From an uncultured Clostridia bacterium (GTDB lineage Bacteria; Bacillota; Clostridia; Peptostreptococcales; Anaerovoracaceae): a DNA stretch of 64,000 nucleotides. Below are positions 37,770 through 48,992 of the stretch, piece after piece. Positions within the stretch are counted from its first letter, which is position 1. The number at the start of each line of letters is the position of its first letter. The notes beneath the pieces are model-generated. The model searched no databases. It was not told where the DNA came from and saw only the letters and a program-made list of their open reading frames with translations. The stretch lies in the NCBI GenBank assembly GCA_947302715.1, contig CAMYVY010000009.1, positions 11,648-75,647 on the forward strand, in the 5' to 3' direction. Both the position numbers and the translations under genes were made by a program.

Positions 37770-38546
37770 ATGCAAACTGAAACCGAAGGCATAGTCCTTA
37801 GAAGCGTAAAAACAGCAGCTGGTAGAACCATGCTGCTCATATTTTCTCAAAAATACGGTAAGATCAGCGTTGGGACCAGCCTATCGGATAGGAATTCCAA
37901 GGCCAAGTCTTCACTTGCAATTAGACCCTTCACCTATGGCAGATACGAACTCTATAAGGGACGAGAAATATACAATTTAAATGGTGCCGAAACGAAAAAG
38001 AGCTTCTATTCCTTTGGTGAAAATCTTGATAAATATATTAATGCATCCATCGCCTTGGAGCTTACGGAAAAGGTGCTAACAGAGGAGGTTCCGGAGCCCA
38101 GGATTTTTAGTTTGCTCCTTGAATTCCTAAATGCGATGGAAAAGAGAAATAAGGCTTTTGATACATTGCTTATTGCCTATGAAGTCAAATTGCTTGGGCT
38201 TTTGGGGAGTATGCCGGTAATAGATAAGTGCGTAATTTGCGAAAAAAAATTGACGAAAACTGCATATTTTAGTATTTACGATGGGGGCTTGATTTGTGGA
38301 GATTGTGACCTCGAACTTGAGAAAAAATTCACAGAAAATCCACATTCCCAAAACCTTAGAAGATTGATTTTTAAGCCTGGATTTGATATAGTTAGTACGT
38401 TAAGATTTTTTGTGGAAAAACCACTTTCCGCATTTGAAAAAATAGCATTGAACGAATCCACCGCAGGTGAACTCAAAGAGATTTTAAGAGAATATTTTTC
38501 ATATCACCTGGAAGTGGGACCGCTAAAAAGCGAGAGCATGCTTTAG
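37770..38546 (+). CDS. recO: DNA repair protein RecO
   Basis: 'TEGIVL', zinc motif 'C..C...GGLIC.DC'; follows era. Confidence 0.88.
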   Translation: MQTETEGIVLRSVKTAAGRTMLLIFSQKYGKISVGTSLSDRNSKAKSSLAIRPFTYGRYELYKGREIYNLNGAETKKSFYSFGENLDKYINASIALELTEKVLTEEVPEPRIFSLLLEFLNAMEKRNKAFDTLLIAYEVKLLGLLGSMPVIDKCVICEKKLTKTAYFSIYDGGLICGDCDLELEKKFTENPHSQNLRRLIFKPGFDIVSTLRFFVEKPLSAFEKIALNESTAGELKEILREYFSYHLEVGPLKSESML

Positions 38547-38645
38547 GTAGGGCATGCTGAAAGTGTATATAACATAATTCGTTGGGCGGAGATTCCATGA
38601 ATCGATGCTGAAGCATGTGTAACGTGAACGGAGGAAGACGAAAAA

Positions 38646-39659
38646 ATGGAAGTAACTTTGGAAAAAATTGAACTTGTTAGAGACCGCACGGGAGTTAGCT
38701 ATAAGGAAGCAAAAGATGCTCTGGAAGCCGCTGACGGTAGCGTGGTTGATGCAATAATCGCTATTGAAGAATCCATAGATGGAAGTGTCGCAAGTGGCGT
38801 AACCAGAGATGTGACTGCCAAGAAGGATGAACTCGTAGATAAAATGAAGGAAATCGCTAAGAAGGGCGGATTTTCCAAAATCAAGATAACAAGAGATGGA
38901 GACACTATTCTCAACATTCCTCTTGTTGCCGGAATTCTTGGAGCCGTAGTTGCACCATGGGGCATTATCGCAGCGACAGTTGCTGCACTTGGATTTAAGT
39001 GCAAGATTGAATTCGTAAAGGATGATGGTTCGGTGATTGACATTTCCGAAAAAGCCGGAGATGTATACGAAACAGCAAAGGAAAAAGGCGCAGGACTCTA
39101 TTCCGATTTAAGGGAGAGAATGCCTGAAAATGTCAATCTTCCTGATAGCTTTGATGAAATCAAAACCCGCGCACAGGAGACATTCAACGAACTGAAAGAG
39201 AAGGCTCCGGGAGCATTTGATGATGTAGTCAACAGAGCGCAGGGTACATTCAACGACATCAAGGACAAGGCTGCTGAGACGACCGACAACCCGAAGTTTG
39301 ATGAATTTAAAAACAAATTTGACGAGCTTTGGAACAAGGGTGGAGAAGTTGTAAACAAAGCCAAAGAGACAGTAGCAAAGCCGGTTAGAAGCTTTCAGGA
39401 AGGTGTAAGAGACGGAGCAGAGACGGTTTCCAATGCTGCAGCCGGCGCTGCATCCGCAATAAAGGACGTTAAGGAAGGTGTCGAGGACGAAATCGAATTG
39501 GTCTTTGGAGAAGACACTCCGGATCTTGGTGATTTGACCGAGAATCTAAAGGAGACCGCAGAGGGCGCCGGAAGAGAAATGTCCCAGCTTGAAAAGGACC
39601 TCCTCGAAATGCAGAAGGCAGCTGCAGAGGGCATCAAGGAATTCGAAGATAAAAACTGA
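38646..39659 (+). CDS. UBA/TS-N-like + DUF4342 domain protein with a long acidic C-terminal extension
   Basis: 'TLEKIELVRDRTGVSYKEAK.ALE..DG.VVDAII.IE', 'LNIPL..G', 'CKIE'. Confidence 0.75.
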   Translation: MEVTLEKIELVRDRTGVSYKEAKDALEAADGSVVDAIIAIEESIDGSVASGVTRDVTAKKDELVDKMKEIAKKGGFSKIKITRDGDTILNIPLVAGILGAVVAPWGIIAATVAALGFKCKIEFVKDDGSVIDISEKAGDVYETAKEKGAGLYSDLRERMPENVNLPDSFDEIKTRAQETFNELKEKAPGAFDDVVNRAQGTFNDIKDKAAETTDNPKFDEFKNKFDELWNKGGEVVNKAKETVAKPVRSFQEGVRDGAETVSNAAAGAASAIKDVKEGVEDEIELVFGEDTPDLGDLTENLKETAEGAGREMSQLEKDLLEMQKAAAEGIKEFEDKN

Positions 39660-39704
39660 TAAAGTACAACATTTAGAAGTCCAACATTTAGGAGATTGAA
39701 CGTT

Positions 39705-41135
39705 ATGAGCGATGTAACCAAGACTGCGGACAATGCAGTTACGATGGAAAAAATAGTTGGCCTTGCAAAGAACCGGGGATTTATTTTCCCTGGTTCTGAT
39801 ATTTATGGAGGCCTTGCAAACACTTGGGACTACGGTCCTCTTGGTGTTGAATTCAAGAACAACGTAAAGAAAGCCTGGTGGAAGAAATTCGTTCAGGAGT
39901 CAAAATTCAATGTCGGTCTCGATGCGGCGATTTTGATGAATCCAAAGACATGGGAAGCATCCGGGCATATCGGGAACTTTGCCGATCCTTTAATTGACTG
40001 TCGTGAATGCAAATCAAGATTCCGTGCAGACAAATTGATAGAAGACTTCCAGAAGGCGAACAATCTGCCTGAGGAAACAGTGGACGGTTGGCCGACAGAA
40101 AAGCTGGAAGCATATATAAAAGACAACAAGGTCTGCTGCCCGGAATGCGGTAAATCCAACTTTACCGGCATTCGCTATTTCAACCTGATGTTCAAAACAT
40201 TCCAGGGTGTAACCGAGGATTCGGCGGCCGAGATTTATCTTAGACCGGAAACCGCACAGGGCATTTTCGTGAACTTCAAGAACGTCCAGAGAACCAGCAG
40301 AAAGAAGATCCCATTCGGCATTGCGCAGATAGGTAAATCCTTCAGAAACGAAATCACGCCGGGTAACTTCACATTTAGAACTCGTGAATTTGAGCAGATG
40401 GAATTGGAATTCTTCTGTAAGCCGGGCGAGGACATGGAGTGGTTCGAATACTGGAGAAACTATTGCAAGAACTTCCTCTTAAGCCTCGGTATGAATGAAG
40501 AGCATATGAGGCTAAGGGACCACGCACAAGAAGAGCTGTCTCATTACAGCAAGGGCACGACAGACATCGAATATCTCTTCCCATTCGGATGGGGCGAGCT
40601 TTGGGGCATAGCCGACAGAACGGATTTCGATCTTAGTCAGCACGCTGAATTCAGCGGCGAAGATATGTCGTATTTCGATCAAGAGAGCGGAGAAAAATAC
40701 ATTCCGTTTGTAATTGAACCATCGCTCGGAGCGGACAGAGTCGCGCTGGCGTTTTTGATAGATGCTTATGAGGAAGAAGAGCTGACCAAGGCCGATGGTT
40801 CCAAGGATGTCAGAACGGTACTTCATCTTCATCCTGCGCTCGCGCCGTTCAAGGCTGCCGTCCTTCCGCTATCAAAGAAGGCAGAGCTCATGGATGTCGC
40901 TGAACCGATTTACGAGGAGCTCGCGAAATACTTCCCGGTGGATTACGATATCACGGGAGCAATCGGTAAGCGCTATAGAAGAGAGGATGAGATCGGAACT
41001 CCGTTCTGCATCTGCGTTGACTTTGACAGCCTCGAAGATAAGTGCGTCACCGTTCGCGACCGCGACACGATGGAACAGGTTAGAATTCCAATCGCTGACG
41101 TTCGCGCGTATATAGAAGAGCGCATCGCTTTTTAG
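39705..41135 (+). CDS. glyQS: Glycine-tRNA ligase, homodimeric type
   Basis: 'IYGG....WDYGPLG', 'YLRPETAQG', '[10 protein letters not shown]', 'RTREFEQME', 'IEPSLGADR'. Start is either ATG 39705 or TTG 39696. Confidence 0.95.
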   Translation: MSDVTKTADNAVTMEKIVGLAKNRGFIFPGSDIYGGLANTWDYGPLGVEFKNNVKKAWWKKFVQESKFNVGLDAAILMNPKTWEASGHIGNFADPLIDCRECKSRFRADKLIEDFQKANNLPEETVDGWPTEKLEAYIKDNKVCCPECGKSNFTGIRYFNLMFKTFQGVTEDSAAEIYLRPETAQGIFVNFKNVQRTSRKKIPFGIAQIGKSFRNEITPGNFTFRTREFEQMELEFFCKPGEDMEWFEYWRNYCKNFLLSLGMNEEHMRLRDHAQEELSHYSKGTTDIEYLFPFGWGELWGIADRTDFDLSQHAEFSGEDMSYFDQESGEKYIPFVIEPSLGADRVALAFLIDAYEEEELTKADGSKDVRTVLHLHPALAPFKAAVLPLSKKAELMDVAEPIYEELAKYFPVDYDITGAIGKRYRREDEIGTPFCICVDFDSLEDKCVTVRDRDTMEQVRIPIADVRAYIEERIAF

Positions 41136-41143
41136 TCTATTCT

Positions 41144-41165
41144 GAACCCGGTACACGCCGGGTTC
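41144..41165 (+). terminator. Hairpin after glyQS
   Basis: gaacccgg / ccgggttc; weak U-tract. Confidence 0.45.
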
Positions 41166-41254
41166 GTTGTGAAATAGAGAGCCAACAGAAGATTTAGAGA
41201 CAATTTGGCATAGAAAGAGTTATAGGTTTTGAAGGAGAAAGAAAGGGAAAAATT

Positions 41255-43879
41255 ATGAGCAAATTTGTTTATTCCTTTAACGAAGGATCCAAGGACATGA
41301 AGTATGTACTGGGTGGCAAAGGCGCCAACCTGGCAGAAATGACAACCATCGGACTTCCGGTTCCATTTGGATTCACAATCACAACCGACGCGTGTAAGGA
41401 CTATATTGCAAAGGGCAATGTTTTGGACGAGGCTATTATCGCAGAAGTTTATGAGCACCTGGCTGAACTCGAGCAGGTAATGGAAAAGAAGTTCGGCGAT
41501 ATAGAGAACCCGCTTTTGGTTTCTGTTCGTTCCGGCGCACCGTTTTCAATGCCTGGTATGATGGATACGATTTTGAACTTGGGACTAAACGACGATGCAG
41601 TAAAGGGTCTTGCGGCAAAGACAGGGAACGAAAGATTTGCTTGCGACAGCTACAGACGTTTCATTCAGATGTTCGGCGATGTCGTTATGGAAATTTCAAA
41701 ATCCAAGTTCGATGAAATCTTTGATGGACAAAAGAAAAAATCCGGAGCAACTCTGGACGTTGAACTTACTGCGGAAGACCTTCAGGAAGTCATCAAGGGA
41801 TACAAGGAACTCTACAAGAAAGAGATCGGAAGCGACTTCCCACAGGAACCAAAGGAACAGCTTCTCGCTGCAATCCAGGCCGTATTCCGCTCCTGGAACA
41901 ACGACAGAGCGATCCTCTATAGAAAGCTAAACAGAATTCCGGATGATCTTGGAACAGCTGTAAACGTACAGTCCATGGTATTCGGAAATACAGGTGACAG
42001 AAGTGGTACAGGCGTTGCATTCACCAGAAACCCGGCGACAGGCGAGAACAAGCTCTTCGGCGAATTCCTGGTTAACGCTCAGGGCGAGGACGTAGTTGCC
42101 GGTATCAGAACACCTCAGCCGATCGACGAAATGAAGGAAACATTCCCGGAAGTCTATCAGAGATTCCAGGAAGTTGCCGACATACTCGAAAAGCACTACA
42201 AGGACATGCAGGACATGGAGTTTACCGTTGAGAACAACAAGCTCTTCATGCTCCAGACGCGTAACGGAAAGCGTACCGCTGCATCCGCAGTAAAGGTTGC
42301 TGTTGACTTGGTTGAGGAAGGCTTAATCGATAAGGAAACCGCAGTCATGCGTGTTGAACCTGAGCAGATTGATCAGCTGCTCCACCCGAGCTTTGATGCT
42401 GATTCCGAAAAGGCCGCAAAGGAACTTGCTAAGGGACTTCCGGCATCTCCGGGCGCAGCTACAGGACAGATTTACTTCACAGCAGCTGAAGCAGAAGCTG
42501 CAGCGGCTTCCGGTCAGAAGGTAATCCTCGTTAGAGAAGAAACTTCTCCTGAGGACCTCGCAGGCATGGTTGCCGCTCAGGGAATACTCACCGCTCGTGG
42601 CGGAATGACATCACACGCTGCAGTAGTTGCTCGCGGCATGGGTAAGTGCTGTGTTGCCGGTTGCTCCGCTGTTCTCGTTTCCGAGGCTGATAAGTCAATG
42701 AAGATTGGCGATGCTGTTTACAAGGAAGGTGACTTCATTTCCTTGAACGGTTCCACAGGCGCAGTCTACGAAGGACAGATCAAAACCGTCGCACCTGAAC
42801 TTTCCGGCGACTTTGGACAGATTATGGAATGGGCTGACGATATCAGAACGATGAAGGTTAGAACAAATGCAGATACTCCTGCAGATGCTAAGCAGGCGAT
42901 TGCCTTCGGTGCCGAGGGTATCGGACTTTGCCGTACTGAGCACATGTTCTTTGAAGAGGAAAGAATTCCTGCGATTCGTCGTATGATCGTTGCAGATACA
43001 GAAGAGGAGAGACGTGCAGCACTCGATGGACTTCTTCCATTCCAGAAGGGCGACTTCAAGGGAATCTACGAGGCGATGGGCGATAGACCTGTTACAATCA
43101 GATTGCTTGATCCACCGCTACATGAATTCCTTCCGAAGACGGAAGCCGACATGAAGGAGCTTTCCGATAAGTATGGAATTCCGATGGAGAAGCTCGTAAA
43201 GGCAAATGCTGAGCTTCATGAATTCAATCCGATGCTCGGTCACCGTGGATGCCGTCTTGCTGTCACATATCCTGAAATTGCCGAGATGCAGACCAGGGCA
43301 ATCATGGAAGCTGCCATCGAAGTTAAGAAGGAAAAGGGATTCAACATCGTTCCTGAAATCATGATTCCGCTTACGGTAATCGATACGGAAATGGAATACG
43401 TAAAGAATATAGTTGTTGCGACTGCAGAGGAGTGCAAAGAAGCTGCAGGTTCCGATATTGAATACCTGGTCGGAACTATGATTGAAACACCGCGCGCAGC
43501 TCTTACTGCTGACAAGATTGCGGAGCATGCCGAGTTCTTCTCCTTCGGAACAAACGACCTTACACAGATGACATTTGGATTCTCCCGTGACGATACCGGT
43601 AAGATCATTCAGGCTTATCAGGACAAGGGAATCTTCAAGGACGACATTTTTGAAACCATCGACCAGGACGGCGTTGGTCAGCTTGTTCAGATGGCTTGCG
43701 ACAAGGGCAAAGCAACCCGCAGCAATATCAAACTCGGTATCTGCGGTGAGCATGGTGGTGATCCTCGCTCAGTGGAATTCTGCTATCGTGCAGGGCTTAA
43801 CTACGTGAGCTGCTCGCCTTACAGAGTGCCTATCGCGAGACTTGCTGCAGCGCAGGCTGTTATTCGTGAGAAGGAATAA
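41255..43879 (+). CDS. ppdK: Pyruvate, phosphate dikinase
   Basis: 'LGGKGANLAEM', 'LLVSVRSGA', 'GGMTSHAAVVARG', 'GLCRTEHMF', 'FSFGTNDLTQ'. Confidence 0.97.
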   Translation: MSKFVYSFNEGSKDMKYVLGGKGANLAEMTTIGLPVPFGFTITTDACKDYIAKGNVLDEAIIAEVYEHLAELEQVMEKKFGDIENPLLVSVRSGAPFSMPGMMDTILNLGLNDDAVKGLAAKTGNERFACDSYRRFIQMFGDVVMEISKSKFDEIFDGQKKKSGATLDVELTAEDLQEVIKGYKELYKKEIGSDFPQEPKEQLLAAIQAVFRSWNNDRAILYRKLNRIPDDLGTAVNVQSMVFGNTGDRSGTGVAFTRNPATGENKLFGEFLVNAQGEDVVAGIRTPQPIDEMKETFPEVYQRFQEVADILEKHYKDMQDMEFTVENNKLFMLQTRNGKRTAASAVKVAVDLVEEGLIDKETAVMRVEPEQIDQLLHPSFDADSEKAAKELAKGLPASPGAATGQIYFTAAEAEAAAASGQKVILVREETSPEDLAGMVAAQGILTARGGMTSHAAVVARGMGKCCVAGCSAVLVSEADKSMKIGDAVYKEGDFISLNGSTGAVYEGQIKTVAPELSGDFGQIMEWADDIRTMKVRTNADTPADAKQAIAFGAEGIGLCRTEHMFFEEERIPAIRRMIVADTEEERRAALDGLLPFQKGDFKGIYEAMGDRPVTIRLLDPPLHEFLPKTEADMKELSDKYGIPMEKLVKANAELHEFNPMLGHRGCRLAVTYPEIAEMQTRAIMEAAIEVKKEKGFNIVPEIMIPLTVIDTEMEYVKNIVVATAEECKEAAGSDIEYLVGTMIETPRAALTADKIAEHAEFFSFGTNDLTQMTFGFSRDDTGKIIQAYQDKGIFKDDIFETIDQDGVGQLVQMACDKGKATRSNIKLGICGEHGGDPRSVEFCYRAGLNYVSCSPYRVPIARLAAAQAVIREKE

Positions 43880-43892
43880 TCTATAATAATCC

Positions 43893-43940
43893 GGACCGGC
43901 GCGCGGGGATATACTTCCCTGAACGCTGGTCCTATTTTTT
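43893..43940 (+). terminator. Terminator-like hairpin after ppdK
   Basis: ggaccggcg / cgctggtcc outer stem, inner gggga / ttccc, then T6. Confidence 0.6.
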
Positions 43941-43944
43941 GAGT

Positions 43945-45663
43945 ATGATTAGGACGCTAATAGGGTATTTTAGGCCGCATATGAAGATATTTATTTTGGA
44001 TATGTGCTGTGCGCTTTTTGTTGCGGCGGTGGATTTGTCGTTCCCTTTGATATCCAGATATGCGATGTATGAGCTGATTCCCGGTGGCCTCTACCAAACG
44101 TTGTTTGTGGTTATGGCGATAGTTGTTTGCGCTTATTTGCTTAGGTCGCTCGCGTACTATATCATGACGTACTGGGGGCATTCGTTTGGCGTAAGGGTTG
44201 AAGCGGATATCCGTGCTGATCTATTTCATCATCTTCAGGAACTCGATTTTGAATTCTATGACCACAATAGAACCGGTACTCTGATGAACAGGCTGACCGG
44301 TGATTTGTTTGAAATTACTGAGCTTTCGCATCATGGCCCTGAGGATGTTTTGATAGCGAGCCTTACGATTATTGGTGCGCTCATTTTCATGTATTCGGTA
44401 GAATGGAAGCTTGCGCTAATAGTTACGATCCTGATTCCGATTTTTGTTATCATCGTCATGCTGACCAGGAAGCGTTGGACCGAGACGTCGGTCAACGTAA
44501 AGGTCAAGATGGCGGAGATTAATTCGGATGCGGAGTCGAGCATCTCCGGAATCAAGACGTCAAAGGCATTTGCAAACGAGGATGTGGACAATGCTCGCTT
44601 TACAACAGCCAACGATAGATTTAGAACCGCCAAGTCCGACTATTACAAGGCGATGGGAACGTTCATGGCGTCGCAGGAATTCTTCATGTGCATCATGCCG
44701 GTCGTTGTGATTGCTTATGGTAGCAAGCTCATCATGGACGGCGAGATGAACTACATCGACCTTATTACGTTCACTTTGTTCGTGAGTTCGTTTATCACTC
44801 CGATAAGGAAGCTTGCGAACTTTGCTGAAATATTTACGAGCGGAACTGCAGGTCTGCGAAGGTTCATGGAGATTATGAATACGGCGCCGAAGGTTCAGGA
44901 AAAACCGGGCGCTCCTGCGCTCGATGTGGAGCAGGGTGCGATAGATATCGACGACATCAGCTTTGCTTATGATGAAAGAAAAGAAGTGATTCACGATATG
45001 TCGCTTCATATTAAACCTGGCGAGACGCTGGCTGTTGTCGGGCATTCCGGTGGCGGCAAGACTACACTTTGCCAGCTCATTCCGAGGTTCTATGACGTTG
45101 ACTCTGGCTCCATCAAAATCGACGGACAGGATGTGCGCGACGTTACCAAGAGGTCGATTGCATCGAATATAGGAATTGTGCAGCAAGATGTGTTTATCTT
45201 TGCTGATACCATATATAACAATATTGCGTATGGACGTCCTGATGCGACGTACGATGAGGTAATAGAGGCTGCCAAGCGCGCCAAGATTTACGATGATATC
45301 ATGGCGATGCCTGACGGCTTTGAGACATATGTTGGAGAACGTGGCACGATGCTCTCCGGCGGTCAAAAGCAGCGCGTCTCGATTGCGCGTATCTTCCTAA
45401 AGAATCCGAAACTTTTGATACTTGACGAAGCGACGTCAGCGCTTGATACGATTACTGAGCAAGCAATCCAGCAGTCGTTCGATGAACTCGCAGTCGGTCG
45501 AACAAGCGTCGTAATCGCACACCGCCTTGCGACGGTTCGAAACGCCGACCGCATAATCTTGGTCGAAGGCGGACGCATAGTCGAAGAGGGGACTCACCAG
45601 GAACTCATGGACCTAAACGGCGGCTACGCCAAGCTCTACAACACGCAAAAACTAGCGAGTTGA
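43945..45663 (+). CDS. ABC exporter, fused permease/ATP-binding subunit
   Basis: Six-TM N-domain; GHSGGGKT, LSGGQKQR, 'ILDEATSALD', 'AHRL'. Start is ATG 43945 or TTG 43939. Confidence 0.92.
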   Translation: MIRTLIGYFRPHMKIFILDMCCALFVAAVDLSFPLISRYAMYELIPGGLYQTLFVVMAIVVCAYLLRSLAYYIMTYWGHSFGVRVEADIRADLFHHLQELDFEFYDHNRTGTLMNRLTGDLFEITELSHHGPEDVLIASLTIIGALIFMYSVEWKLALIVTILIPIFVIIVMLTRKRWTETSVNVKVKMAEINSDAESSISGIKTSKAFANEDVDNARFTTANDRFRTAKSDYYKAMGTFMASQEFFMCIMPVVVIAYGSKLIMDGEMNYIDLITFTLFVSSFITPIRKLANFAEIFTSGTAGLRRFMEIMNTAPKVQEKPGAPALDVEQGAIDIDDISFAYDERKEVIHDMSLHIKPGETLAVVGHSGGGKTTLCQLIPRFYDVDSGSIKIDGQDVRDVTKRSIASNIGIVQQDVFIFADTIYNNIAYGRPDATYDEVIEAAKRAKIYDDIMAMPDGFETYVGERGTMLSGGQKQRVSIARIFLKNPKLLILDEATSALDTITEQAIQQSFDELAVGRTSVVIAHRLATVRNADRIILVEGGRIVEEGTHQELMDLNGGYAKLYNTQKLAS

Positions 45664-45693
45664 TATGTTGGATCCAATTATTGATTATAATGC

Positions 45694-45720
45694 AAAAGTG
45701 AGCATTAGATGCTCGCTTTT
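45694..45720. terminator. Bidirectional terminator between convergent genes
   Basis: aaaagtgagcat-tag-atgctcgctttt. Confidence 0.75.
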
Positions 45721-45768
45721 TGGTTAGATTCTGGGATTTAGTTCTTTAGTTGTTTAGTTTATTAGGAT

Positions 45769-47208
45769 TTAGTTCTTTAAACTTTGAAGTGGTGCTGGGA
45801 TGCGGCCGCCGCGATTTATCATCTTGGATGGAGAAGGGGATTTGAGCGGCATTACGGGGCCATAGCCGAGAAGGCCGCCGAAGTTAAGTTCTTCTCCTGG
45901 GTTTAAACCGATCGCAGGGATTACTCGAACTGCGGTCGTTTTATTATTTACCATTCCTATTGCGGCTTCGTCTGCAATGATTGCGGAAATCGTTTCGGGT
46001 GTCGTGTCGCCTGGTATTACTATCATATCGAGACCGACTGAGCAGACAGCGGTCATGGCTTCGAGCTTTTCTATTGTCAGTACTCCTTCGCGGGCGGCGT
46101 CTATCATGCCTGCATCTTCGCTTACAGGAATGAATGCACCGGAGAGGCCACCGACACTGGAACTTGCCATCACGCCGCCCTTTTTGACTGCGTCGTTTAG
46201 CATGGCGAGGGCAGCGGTAGTTCCGTGCGTTCCGCATTTTTCGAGTCCGATTTCCTCTAGGATGTGGGCGACAGAATCACCGACGGCTGGAGTTGGCGCA
46301 AGAGAGAGGTCGACTATTCCGAATTTACAGCCAAGCATCTCGGCTGCTTCTGTTCCGACGAGTTGGCCGACGCGAGTGATCTTGAATGCGGTCTTCTTGA
46401 TGGTTTCTGCGACTTCATCAAGAGGCGCATCCTCCGGCATATTCGCAAGGACCGCGCGGACAACCCCGGGACCGGAGACGCCGACTGAGACTACGGTATC
46501 CGCTTCGGTCACTCCGTGGAAGGCTCCCGCCATGAAGGGGTTGTCCTCCACAGCATTGCAAAAGACCACGAGCTTGGCTGCGCCGATGCACTGTTTGTCC
46601 TTTGTTAGCTCAGCAGTTTCCTTTACTATGCGTCCCATCTTGGCTGCAGCGTCCATGTTGATTCCGGCTCTGGTTGATCCAATATTAACTGATGAACATA
46701 CGAGGTCAGTTTCGGAAAGTGCTCTGGGGATGCTTTCTATCAGTTCCAAATCCCCGGGAGCAAAGCCCTTTTGAACAAGGGCGGAGAATCCGCCGATAAA
46801 ATCAACACCACAGTCCTTGGCGGCGCGATCAAGAGTCATTGCGTACTTAACCAAGTTATCGGTTGCGCTCGCCGTAGAAGAATCAATACTTGAGTTGCTG
46901 TTACTTGAGTTGCTTTCGCTTGCGCTTGCAGGCAGCGTTGACGACGACACTCCGGCTAAAATAGAAATCGGCGTGACGGAGATTCTTTTGTTTACAATAG
47001 GAATGCCGTACTTTTTAGAAATCGACTCGCCAACGGAAACGAGGTTCTTTGCTCGCGAGGAGATTTTGTTGTAGATTTTCTCGCAAGCAAGATCAACATC
47101 GCTGTCTGCGCAATCGAAGAGGGAAATCCCCATAGTGATTGTCCTGATATCTAAATTCTCTTCCTGTATCATGGTTATGGTTTCCATGATATCGCTCATA
47201 TTTAACAT
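45769..47208 (-). CDS. UPF0210/DUF711 (PFL-like fold) protein
   Basis: '[12 protein letters not shown]', '[11 protein letters not shown]', '[17 protein letters not shown]', 'DLSLAPTP', 'CSVGLDM'. Confidence 0.9.
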   Translation of the reverse strand: MLNMSDIMETITMIQEENLDIRTITMGISLFDCADSDVDLACEKIYNKISSRAKNLVSVGESISKKYGIPIVNKRISVTPISILAGVSSSTLPASASESNSSNSNSSIDSSTASATDNLVKYAMTLDRAAKDCGVDFIGGFSALVQKGFAPGDLELIESIPRALSETDLVCSSVNIGSTRAGINMDAAAKMGRIVKETAELTKDKQCIGAAKLVVFCNAVEDNPFMAGAFHGVTEADTVVSVGVSGPGVVRAVLANMPEDAPLDEVAETIKKTAFKITRVGQLVGTEAAEMLGCKFGIVDLSLAPTPAVGDSVAHILEEIGLEKCGTHGTTAALAMLNDAVKKGGVMASSSVGGLSGAFIPVSEDAGMIDAAREGVLTIEKLEAMTAVCSVGLDMIVIPGDTTPETISAIIADEAAIGMVNNKTTAVRVIPAIGLNPGEELNFGGLLGYGPVMPLKSPSPSKMINRGGRIPAPLQSLKN

Positions 47209-47228
47209 AACACGCTCCTAATATGCTT

Positions 47229-47507
47229 CTATATCCTATGCATTGCATCAAAGATGTTTTCATGCATTACATGGACTTTCATGGAAGGGACGGCCGCTGC
47301 AATAGCCAATTGCAAATCCTCAATTTGCTTGGTGGCAGCCGCCATATCGATAATCATAATCATACAGAAAAAATCGGAAAGGACAGACTGAGTCACTTCC
47401 TCGACATTCGCGTTTGCCTCAGCACATGCGCCTGAAACCTTCGCGAGAATACCAACCTGATCCTTACCGATTACGGTAACAACTGCTCTTTGTTTTTCCT
47501 CTTTCAT
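47229..47507 (-). CDS. UPF0237 ACT domain protein
   Basis: 'AVVTVIGKDQVGILA', 'HENIFDAMHRI'; AGAGGTG RBS before 47507; usual partner of DUF711. Confidence 0.9.
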   Translation of the reverse strand: MKEEKQRAVVTVIGKDQVGILAKVSGACAEANANVEEVTQSVLSDFFCMIMIIDMAAATKQIEDLQLAIAAAVPSMKVHVMHENIFDAMHRI

Positions 47508-47589
47508 ACACACCTCTTTTATATACTTTGTTAAAACTGCTTTCGTAATTATTATTATTATTATTACACTCCGCAGCAATTAATTCCGC

Positions 47590-48924
47590 TTAAACAGTTT
47601 CTTTAATTGCTTTTTCCAAACGGAGAAGAGCTTCATCAAGGGTCGCACGCGGACACGCAAGCACGAATCTTTGATAATTCTCACCACCGGAACCAAAGAT
47701 TTTACCTGCATCAAGCCAGAGCTTCGCTTTGTTGCAAATAAGGTCATCAACCTCGTCGGGACTCATGCCGAGAGAAGAAAAATCAACCCAAGCGAGATAT
47801 GTCCCTTGTAATTCCATGACCCGGAGCATAGGAAGCCTTTCATTTATGAACGCTTTCAAGTATTCATAGTTTGCGTAAATGTAGGCCTTGCATTGGTCGA
47901 ACCACTCCTCGCCTTGGGCGTAAGCGGTTTCACAAGCAATGATACCCATCGTATTTAATGCGAAAAAACCGGTTGAACTGAGAGTTTTTTCAAACTTTCT
48001 TCTCAAAACCTCATTTGGTATCCAGATGTTTGACGCCTGAAGACCTGCCAGGTTAAATGTCTTGCTGGGGGCAGTGCAAGACATTGCAATGTCCATGCAA
48101 TCAGGGCAGGCAGCCAAAAACATCGTATGAATATTATCTTGCCAAGTAAAGTCGCAATGGATTTCATCTGCGACAATCAGGACGTCGTGTTTTTTGCAGA
48201 TTGCAGAAACGTCTTGCAACTCCTTTTTAGTCCAGACGCGACCGATTGGGTTGTGCGGACTGCACAAAATGTAAAGCTTCACGTCGTTATCAACAATCTT
48301 TTGTTCGAAATCCGCGAGATCCATTTCATATCTCACACATCCGCTGTCTGTCGAGCTTGAAGCATCCACGCTCCCACATCCGCCGCCTGTCGCGCTTGAT
48401 GCTTCCGAATTGCCGGTCTTTAAAACGAGAGGATTTTCTACTAATTTGCGTCCGTTCCCTTTTATAGCTTCGAAAAACGGGTAGTAAACGGGTGGCTGAA
48501 TTATGACGGCATCACCAGGATTGGTAAAAGCCTGAACCGCAATATTAAAAGCAAAAACAACACCCGGAGTCCTAACCAGCCATTCCTTTTCTGGCCTCCA
48601 GCCGAAGCGACGAGTGAACCAACCGGCTGCTGCTTCGTAATAACTCTCCTTGGCGTCGGAATATCCAAAAATACCATGGTCCACAACCCCACGAATCGCG
48701 TCTATAACCGGCTCGGCCACGCGAAAGTCCATGTCTGCGACCCATAGAGGAAGCGTGTCATCCGGCTTGCCATTTTCGGCCATGAAATCAAACTTCACGC
48801 TGCATGTGCCATGCCTGTCGATTACCTTGTCAAAATCGTATGAATTATGGAGACTAACCTTTTCATTTTTGTTTGCTTCAGCTGCCTCCGATTTTCTTTG
48901 GCTTGTATTATTGTCTGTAGTCAT
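47590..48924 (-). CDS. MalY/PatB family PLP enzyme (cystathionine beta-lyase-like)
   Basis: 'LPLWVADMDF', 'LCSPHNP.GRVW', 'DEIH.DF', 'APSKTFNLAGL'. Confidence 0.92.
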   Translation of the reverse strand: MTTDNNTSQRKSEAAEANKNEKVSLHNSYDFDKVIDRHGTCSVKFDFMAENGKPDDTLPLWVADMDFRVAEPVIDAIRGVVDHGIFGYSDAKESYYEAAAGWFTRRFGWRPEKEWLVRTPGVVFAFNIAVQAFTNPGDAVIIQPPVYYPFFEAIKGNGRKLVENPLVLKTGNSEASSATGGGCGSVDASSSTDSGCVRYEMDLADFEQKIVDNDVKLYILCSPHNPIGRVWTKKELQDVSAICKKHDVLIVADEIHCDFTWQDNIHTMFLAACPDCMDIAMSCTAPSKTFNLAGLQASNIWIPNEVLRRKFEKTLSSTGFFALNTMGIIACETAYAQGEEWFDQCKAYIYANYEYLKAFINERLPMLRVMELQGTYLAWVDFSSLGMSPDEVDDLICNKAKLWLDAGKIFGSGGENYQRFVLACPRATLDEALLRLEKAIKETV

Positions 48925-48992
48925 TTTGTCCTCCTTGCTTGCATTAATACATCTCCATCAATGGCAGGGCATACGCCCGATTGAATCTGTCG

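Noticed and set aside
38547-39704. T-box leader expected before glyQS (also checked 50982-51238 before gltX)
   Set aside because: No T-box GGTGG-ACC motif or specifier stem seen; the gap before glyQS is under 50 nt.
43118-46774. Long antisense ORFs over ppdK, the ABC exporter and DUF711 (211, 268 and 265 aa)
   Set aside because: Fully overlap well-supported genes and have no recognisable domains.
47548-47566. (ATT)6 run upstream of the ACT gene as a phase-variable promoter tract
   Set aside because: The run is short and gives no convincing -35/-10 pair on the coding strand.
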